Source: Candidatus Altiarchaeota archaeon
GTDB taxonomy: Archaea; Altiarchaeota; Altiarchaeia; IMC4; QMZM01
DNA length: 22,716 nt
NCBI GenBank assembly: GCA_016931955.1
Contig: JAFGDV010000039.1
Span: 1 to 22,716 of the forward strand
Reading direction: 5' to 3'
The notes under the pieces are model-generated. The model saw only the letters and a list, made by a program, of their open reading frames with translations, made no database searches and had not been told where the DNA came from. Both the position numbers and the translations under genes were made by a program. Positions within the stretch are counted from its first letter, which is position 1. The number at the start of each line of letters is the position of its first letter. Below are positions 17,189 to 22,716 of the stretch, piece after piece.

Positions 17189-18057
17189 TTTTCGCATAAG
17201 TAGACGCTTAAACTTTCCCAGATTTTTTTTATGTCAATTGAAGCCTTTCCGTCAGAGAATTCAATCAACGTCTTTCCGGCTATCATCGCCTTTGTGACAA
17301 CGGGGTCGTATGGTATCCGCCCAGCTACTTCAACCCATTTTTTCCTGCAGAAGTCCTCTATTCTGTTGGTGTTCTCTTTGTTGATGTCGTATTTGTTCAC
17401 GCAGACTACTGACCTGACTTTGAAGTGGTTTGCAACATCCAGTATCCTCTCCAGGTCGTGTATCCCTGATATTGTGGGTTCTGTGACGATCAATGCTAAG
17501 TCGACTCCTGCGAGGGAGGCTATCACAGGGCAGCCGATTCCAGGGGAGCCATCTACTATTATCAGTTCTTTGTTGTATTTTTCTGTGAGTTTTTTGGCAT
17601 TTTCTTTCACGACTGTGACGAGTTTCCCGGAGGCTTCTTCCGCTATCCTCAGTTTTGCGTGCGCCATTGGTCCGTACCTTGTCTCTGATATGTAAGCATA
17701 GCCGGAGATTTTTTCTTCAAGCTTGATCGCCTCCGTAGGGCATACGTAGACGCAGGCACCGCAGCCCTCGCACCTGATCGAATCTATCTTTAGATCCTCT
17801 ATTGCATTGAATCTGCATACTTCCCCGCATTTTCCGCATTCTATGCACTTTGAATCATCCTTTATTGCCATCTTTGAGCCCTTAAATGGTTGGGTTTCCA
17901 GGATCTTCGGCTTCAGTATCAGGTGCAGGTCTGGGGCGTCCACATCACAGTCAGCTATTACTGCGTTCTTAGCTAGGGCAGCGAACGATCCCACCAAAGT
18001 GGTCTTTCCAGTACCTCCTTTTCCGCTGATAACCAAGAGCTGCTTTATCTCAGACAT
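17170..18057 (-). CDS. MinD-superfamily P-loop ATPase with inserted ferredoxin domain (COG1149)
   Basis: SGKGGTGKTT, DCDVDAPDLHL, CIECGKCGEVC and CEGCGACVYVCP, DGSPGIGCP, VTEPT. Confidence 0.93.
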   Translation of the reverse strand: MSEIKQLLVISGKGGTGKTTLVGSFAALAKNAVIADCDVDAPDLHLILKPKILETQPFKGSKMAIKDDSKCIECGKCGEVCRFNAIEDLKIDSIRCEGCGACVYVCPTEAIKLEEKISGYAYISETRYGPMAHAKLRIAEEASGKLVTVVKENAKKLTEKYNKELIIVDGSPGIGCPVIASLAGVDLALIVTEPTISGIHDLERILDVANHFKVRSVVCVNKYDINKENTNRIEDFCRKKWVEVAGRIPYDPVVTKAMIAGKTLIEFSDGKASIDIKKIWESLSVYLCEKSTTTP

Positions 18058-18653
18058 GCTGATATACCCCCCTCTTTAAAGTGGAATCTTATGCATTCAC
18101 AGCATACGCCATGGCTGATGCACTCTATTTTGATACATGGGCAGTCAATCTTGTTAGGACAGGAAAGCCTCTCCAAATTCATTCCAGCAGACTCTTTTGT
18201 CTGCAGGTGTTTGCCCTTGATTTTGCCTTCAAGCCATCCTATCTCAATGCTTTTTCTATCATCAAATTCAGGAACATATGGTTTTATGTCCAACAGCGGC
18301 GTTCCGTCCAAGACATCGATTCCCTCCACCTTCAGGACATTTTTTTCCCGTTCTATCAGTCTTACAATGGAGAGGCCGATTGGATTCGGCCTTCTTGGGA
18401 ATCTGGTAGCGAAAACCCCCCTCAATCCAGTATCCAGGTAGGGTTTTACGTGGAGCTTGTAATCCTCTGACTTATGGAATAGGTAGAGTATTATGATGTG
18501 GGAAAATCCCTCGATGTCCTTCAAACCAGGTTCATATTCCCTGAAGACTTCAATCTTACCTATCGCCTCTGACATGGATGCCTGGATTTGTATCTCTTCA
18601 AGATTCCTGTAGGGCGAATGGATTATCCCTATTGGTTTCAGTTCAAAATTCAT
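18045..18653 (-). CDS. tsaA: tRNA (N6-threonylcarbamoyladenosine(37)-N6)-methyltransferase TrmO/TsaA with Cys-rich C-terminal extension
   Basis: LKPIGIIHSP, FSHIIILY.FH, GVFATRFPRRPNPIGLS, DVLDGTPLLDIKPY; start ATG 18653. Confidence 0.9.
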   Translation of the reverse strand: MNFELKPIGIIHSPYRNLEEIQIQASMSEAIGKIEVFREYEPGLKDIEGFSHIIILYLFHKSEDYKLHVKPYLDTGLRGVFATRFPRRPNPIGLSIVRLIEREKNVLKVEGIDVLDGTPLLDIKPYVPEFDDRKSIEIGWLEGKIKGKHLQTKESAGMNLERLSCPNKIDCPCIKIECISHGVCCECIRFHFKEGGISACLR

Positions 18654-19320
18654 TCTCCAAAACCTTTCCTGCATAGATTTCCTGATAGCCCTCAAATTCT
18701 CTCTTGAATAATCCTATTGCCAGATCCCCGGAGCAGTGGCAGGGAATCGCGTTTTTAACCCCAAGCTTCTTCAGTTCGGCTATGATCCCCAGGATCTCAT
18801 CCTCAGATTTTTCTTTGAGGTGGAAGCCTCCGAAGACCAGTGAGATCTCATCCACTAACTCTTTTGCTTTTTTTATGATCTCTACTATCCCCGGATGGGC
18901 GCAGCCTGTTATAACAGTGTCTTCAACGATCAATGATTGTTCCTTGATTCCAGGGCCGAGTTCTCCTGTCGTTATTATCCCCTCTTCTATCTCTTCCGGC
19001 TCTGAGACCTCGATCAGCTTAGCGTTTTCTCTTATCTTTGATTTAAGGGCGTCGGAAAAAGACTCCAGGATATACACTCTGAGCCCGGGATTTTTTCCTA
19101 GGATATATGGTATACCTCCAATATGGTCCCAGTGCTCGTGTGAGATGACGAGGGTGTCTATTTTTTTGGGGTCTATGTTGAGTCTCTTCATGTTGTGTTC
19201 CAGGATTTTGGCGTCGCCTCCGGTGTCGAATAAAATATTCTTATCCTCTATCAGGCAGGAGAAACCCCACGCCGCCTTCAAGTCTTTCGCCTCGTTGTCG
19301 TATAAGATTTTAAATCTCAT
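18643..19320 (-). CDS. MBL-fold metallo-hydrolase (COG1237-like)
   Basis: ILYDN, WGFSCLI, LFDTG, SHEHWDHIGG, TGCAHPG, GGFHL, PCHCSG. Confidence 0.9.
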   Translation of the reverse strand: MRFKILYDNEAKDLKAAWGFSCLIEDKNILFDTGGDAKILEHNMKRLNIDPKKIDTLVISHEHWDHIGGIPYILGKNPGLRVYILESFSDALKSKIRENAKLIEVSEPEEIEEGIITTGELGPGIKEQSLIVEDTVITGCAHPGIVEIIKKAKELVDEISLVFGGFHLKEKSEDEILGIIAELKKLGVKNAIPCHCSGDLAIGLFKREFEGYQEIYAGKVLENEF

Positions 19321-19326
19321 CCTTCT

Positions 19327-20157
19327 TCACCTATCTTTTTTGATTTTCTCAAAGACCTCCTTGAATTTTTCCTTCCACTCAGGCATCTCTTGGATGAATG
19401 GGATACCTTTTGAATACAGTTCAGCTATTTTTCTGTCATATGGAATCCTAAGTAGAATCTGGATTCCATTTTTCTTGCAGAATTCTTCAACTTCCTGATC
19501 CCCGATCCCGTCTTGGTTGATTATAACCCCTTTTCGGATTTTGAGTTTCTCAAGAACCCCTATTGCAATTTTCAGATCATATAAACCAAAGGGCGTTGGC
19601 TCGGTAACCAGTATGCAATAATCCGAGCCATGGACTGCTTCTATTACGGGGCAGGATGTTCCCGGCGGAACATCTACTATTGCTATCTTGTTTTTATCAA
19701 TTTCTTCTTTCACAGCACTTATCAGGGGGGTTGACATTGCTTCTCCGATGTTCAGTATCCCCTGTACGAATTCGATTCCATTAGATGACCCTTTTTCGAC
19801 TACGCCTATTCTCCTCTTTTTTTCTGTTATTGCCTTTTTTGGACATACTAGGGCGCATAGCCCGCAGGAGTGGCAGAGTTCTGGGAAGATCAATACGTTG
19901 TCCTCCAGTACTGCGATTGCATTGAATTCGCATGCCTTGGAGCATTTTCTACAGAAGTTGCATTTTTTCTGATCTATTTCGGGCACTGAAACAAAGCAGG
20001 GTTTTCTCTCCCTGATGTCTGGCGTCAGGAATATGTGGGCATTTGGTTCTTCTACATCGCAGTCCAGTAATTGTGCATTCTCTAGGGATAATGCCAGGTT
20101 TACGGCAACCGTTGTTTTCCCTGTTCCGCCCTTACCTGACGCCACCGAGATAATCAT
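19327..20157 (-). CDS. MinD-superfamily P-loop ATPase with inserted ferredoxin domain (COG1149), second paralogue
   Basis: ASGKGGTGKTT, DCDVEEPNAH, CNFCRKCSKAC, CHSCGLCALVCP, DVPPGTSCP, VTEPTPFG. Confidence 0.93.
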   Translation of the reverse strand: MIISVASGKGGTGKTTVAVNLALSLENAQLLDCDVEEPNAHIFLTPDIRERKPCFVSVPEIDQKKCNFCRKCSKACEFNAIAVLEDNVLIFPELCHSCGLCALVCPKKAITEKKRRIGVVEKGSSNGIEFVQGILNIGEAMSTPLISAVKEEIDKNKIAIVDVPPGTSCPVIEAVHGSDYCILVTEPTPFGLYDLKIAIGVLEKLKIRKGVIINQDGIGDQEVEEFCKKNGIQILLRIPYDRKIAELYSKGIPFIQEMPEWKEKFKEVFEKIKKDR

Positions 20158-20804
20158 TTTCTTATTTCGGCAACAATAAATGCACCGAATGGTTTAAAAA
20201 TTCTGGAGAGAATGCCCTCAAAATTTTCAAGATATCTTAAAAGGAATGGTGGGGTGAATTTAGGGGCGAATAATGTTGATTTCCACCTCTTAACTCCGAA
20301 TCTTTTCTTTAATTCAAACGGAGAAAAGAATCTTACACCCATCCAATCTCTCTCAGTTACTCTTCTTTGTAGAGCCCATAAACTGAATTTATTCAGCACA
20401 CATAAAATAATTTTCCCATCCTTCTCCAAAACCCGTTTTCCCTCTTGGATTATTTTTTCTGGGTCATCAACATATTCTAAGATGGTTATTAGAGTAACCA
20501 AATCAAAAGAATTATCCTTGAATGGCAGGTTTTTAGCATCACCAAACACGAAGTCGCATCCTTCAACCTTATTTTTAGCAATTTTTAGCATCTTCCTTGA
20601 TACATCCATCCCAACTACACCCATCCCGTTTCTCTTAAATTCTAATACATAACTTCCTGTTCCGCAGCCGATATCCAACACTTTTTTCTTTTTTTTTGGC
20701 TCTGTAAATATAAAAATCAGTTTTTTTTCTAATCTATCTGCATAACTTCCGATTGGTGTTCCATACCATGAATCATAACTCTTTGCAATCTCGTCGAAAT
20801 TCAT
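20154..20804 (-). CDS. Class I SAM-dependent methyltransferase
   Basis: YDSWY.TP.G, VLDIGCGTG, GMDVS, GDAKNLPFKDNSFD. Confidence 0.92.
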   Translation of the reverse strand: MNFDEIAKSYDSWYGTPIGSYADRLEKKLIFIFTEPKKKKKVLDIGCGTGSYVLEFKRNGMGVVGMDVSRKMLKIAKNKVEGCDFVFGDAKNLPFKDNSFDLVTLITILEYVDDPEKIIQEGKRVLEKDGKIILCVLNKFSLWALQRRVTERDWMGVRFFSPFELKKRFGVKRWKSTLFAPKFTPPFLLRYLENFEGILSRIFKPFGAFIVAEIRK

Positions 20805-21094
20805 CTCAATGCTCTAATCTTTGACTCAATCGTAGCTTTTTTGTCTCTTCTGTCATCTATCTTTATCTCAGTGACAATCCTTTTCACACCTAATCCAAAA
20901 ATAGAATTATGTGCTTTTTTCACAGCTTTGAATAAATCCTCTAAATTTTCAGTTTCAATTATAGTCCCCATGACTTCTGGTTTAACCCTAATTCTCCCAT
21001 CTTTTTCTAATTCCTTTAATACGGCTTTCACATATTTACTAACACTGGGGGTTTTTGTTCCTATAGGGATTATACTAAATTCCGCGATAATCAT
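20801..21094 (-). CDS. MTH1187/YkoF-family thiamine-binding protein
   Basis: IAEFSIIPIG..SVSKYV, MGTIIE, IKIDDRRDK. Confidence 0.9.
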   Translation of the reverse strand: MIIAEFSIIPIGTKTPSVSKYVKAVLKELEKDGRIRVKPEVMGTIIETENLEDLFKAVKKAHNSIFGLGVKRIVTEIKIDDRRDKKATIESKIRALR

Positions 21095-21431
21095 TTTTCT
21101 TTTCCTCTTTTTTATCCCCCCTTTTTCCAGGACCCCACATCCAATCCTCCTGAAAACCTTTCATATATTTTGTGTAAAAATCTTCTACCTCCTTCTCAGT
21201 AAACGAATATCTGTAGCTTCCACAGTACTCCATTATGAATTCGTAGGCTTCATTTACCTCTTTCATTTGTTTTTCACTTCTCTTTTTCTTCACCTTGCTG
21301 TATTTATCTGGATGATATTTCTTTACTAATTCTCTATAAGATTTCTTGATCTCCTCCAGAGTGGCGCTCTCTCCCAAACCCAAGGTTTTTCTTGCTTCGT
21401 TTATCCTCCTGAAATCAACTGTGTCTTCCAT
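21075..21431 (-). CDS. Small DnaJ-domain protein
   Basis: LGL...ATLEEIKKSYRELVKKYHPD, MKEVNEAY; short C-terminal tail. Confidence 0.9.
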   Translation of the reverse strand: MEDTVDFRRINEARKTLGLGESATLEEIKKSYRELVKKYHPDKYSKVKKKRSEKQMKEVNEAYEFIMEYCGSYRYSFTEKEVEDFYTKYMKGFQEDWMWGPGKRGDKKEEKKNDYRGI

Positions 21432-21454
21432 TTCTTTTCCGTATTTTTGGTGTA

Positions 21455-21820
21455 TTAATATCTATGTCTGCTCTCTCTGCAAGCGTTTGCCTCTGTTGCT
21501 TTTTGTAATCTCCCTGATCTCCAGAGGGATAAGGCATCCCTTACGGTCCCTGTTGTTCCAACGAAGACCTCTATCCCCGATTGTTCGAACATCCAGATGG
21601 CTCTTTGACCTAGACCAGAACAGAGTAGTATCCCCACACCCTCTCCATGCATTATCTCAGGGGGCTTCCCTGAACCGCCCATGTGCTCGCTTGTGTTATC
21701 AACAATCTTTACTTCATCTGTTTCTGTGTCTACTATGGTGTAGGTCGGAGCCCGCCCGAAATGGGGGCTGACTTCATCATCCAGTCCCTTATGTCCTGTT
21801 GTCGGTATTGCGACCTTCAT
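21455..21820 (-). CDS. NifB/NifX-family metal-cluster-binding protein
   Basis: [28 protein letters not shown]. Confidence 0.9.
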   Translation of the reverse strand: MKVAIPTTGHKGLDDEVSPHFGRAPTYTIVDTETDEVKIVDNTSEHMGGSGKPPEIMHGEGVGILLCSGLGQRAIWMFEQSGIEVFVGTTGTVRDALSLWRSGRLQKATEANACRESRHRY

Positions 21821-22635
21821 CCTCTCACCTTCTCAACAATATCATTAAAGGCCTTCCCAGCCTCCGAATCATGATGTTTAAGGATGAATGGATTTCCTTC
21901 ATCGCTGTCTTCGACAATTCTGGGATCGATTGGGATCCTACCCAGGAAGGGAACCTTAAGTTCCTTTGCTGCTTTTTCTCCCCCACCTGTCTTAAACAGG
22001 GTGATCTCTTTTCCGCAGTGGGGGCATTTAAGCCCTGACATGTTCTCGATTATTCCCATGACTGGGATGTTCAACTTCTTTGAGAAATTCACAGCCCTCC
22101 GGGAATCCATCAAGGCAACTTCTTGTGGGGTTGTTACTATGATGGATCCTGTTATGTCGGGGATTAATTGTGCGATACTTAATGGCTCGTCTCCGGTTCC
22201 TGGGGGTAGGTCAAAGATCAGATAGTCCAGATCTCCCCATTCAACATCTGATAGGAACTGCTGTATTGCGCCCATCTTCAATGGACCTCTCCAGATGACT
22301 GGCACGTCTCTTTCCAGCATGAATGCCAGAGACATTACTCTAAGGGCTCTTCCAGCGCCAATTGGTATCTTAGCAGGTTTTATACCCTCTTCAGAAGCAT
22401 CTAGTTTCGTATCTTCTATTCCAAGCATCTTCGGGACATTTGGTCCGTGTATGTCCACGTCTATTAAGCCGACGTTGTAGCCTTTCATCTGTAATGCGAA
22501 GGCAAGATTCACTGCGACGGTGGTTTTTCCCACGCCGCCTTTTCCGCTCATGACCATTATCTTGTTCTTTATCTTTCCGATTCTTTTCTGGATCGATTCT
22601 TTCTGTTCTTCCAGATTTTTCTGCTTGTTCTCCAT
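21817..22635 (-). CDS. mrp: Mrp/NBP35 (ApbC) Fe-S cluster carrier ATPase
   Basis: [44 protein letters not shown]. Confidence 0.95.
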   Translation of the reverse strand: MENKQKNLEEQKESIQKRIGKIKNKIMVMSGKGGVGKTTVAVNLAFALQMKGYNVGLIDVDIHGPNVPKMLGIEDTKLDASEEGIKPAKIPIGAGRALRVMSLAFMLERDVPVIWRGPLKMGAIQQFLSDVEWGDLDYLIFDLPPGTGDEPLSIAQLIPDITGSIIVTTPQEVALMDSRRAVNFSKKLNIPVMGIIENMSGLKCPHCGKEITLFKTGGGEKAAKELKVPFLGRIPIDPRIVEDSDEGNPFILKHHDSEAGKAFNDIVEKVRG

Positions 22636-22716
22636 TACAATTTTCGCAAGGGTACCGTGGACTTTAGTCCACGGAGGAATTGCGAACTATGTTAGTGTTC
22701 GCTTGTCTTGCGTGTA
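22636..22716 (-). mobile_element. Right end of a second copy of the ISC-like element (truncated by the window end)
   Basis: Hairpin ccgtggact-tt-agtccacgg 22655-22674 enclosed by cgcaa/ttgcg; ends TGTA|ATG at the mrp start, like the 16957 copy. Confidence 0.7.

Noticed and set aside
18704-19498. 264-aa plus-strand ORF and the many other antisense ORFs in the track
   Set aside because: Shadow frames opposite well-supported genes; Ser/Phe/Ile-rich composition with no motifs.
21455-21820. Nitrogen fixation genes
   Set aside because: The NifB/NifX fold is widespread in non-diazotrophs; no nifHDK in the window.

Overview
Gene-dense archaeal genomic window. Evidence for archaeal origin: MptE, archaeal-type DtdA, NurA, single-domain KaiC/RAD55 ATPases, TATA-like AT-rich intergenic spacers; the Fe-S gene content suggests an anaerobe. 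(1) 1-4422: a putative signalling locus with the end of a charged repeat protein, three Roadblock/LC7-domain genes (stand-alone; with an unknown C-terminal domain; DUF2226-like + coiled coil + Roadblock), a KaiC-like protein with a destroyed Walker A, and a convergent intact KaiC-like ATPase. (2) 4517-15949: housekeeping genes (ogt-like, mptE, pdxS, tmk with a long insertion, rtcA, RHH-fused sugar nucleotidyltransferase, PMM/PGM, lysA, nurA, dtdA, thiI) and two hypotheticals. (3) 16027-22635: a minus-strand Fe-S/metal-cofactor operon resembling the 'orange protein' cluster (Mrp, NifB/NifX-like, J-domain, MTH1187, methyltransferase, two MinD-ferredoxin ATPases, MBL fold, TrmO, radical SAM). Most unusual signal: two related, short hairpin-ended elements whose ends resemble IS200/IS605 IscB (ISC/HEARO) termini, each abutting an ATG start codon. 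The complete copy (16957-17188) appears to have split an ATGA stop/start overlap and carries a nested 102-bp four-hairpin element. No tRNA, rRNA or CRISPR array was seen. All family calls come from motif recognition, not database searches.
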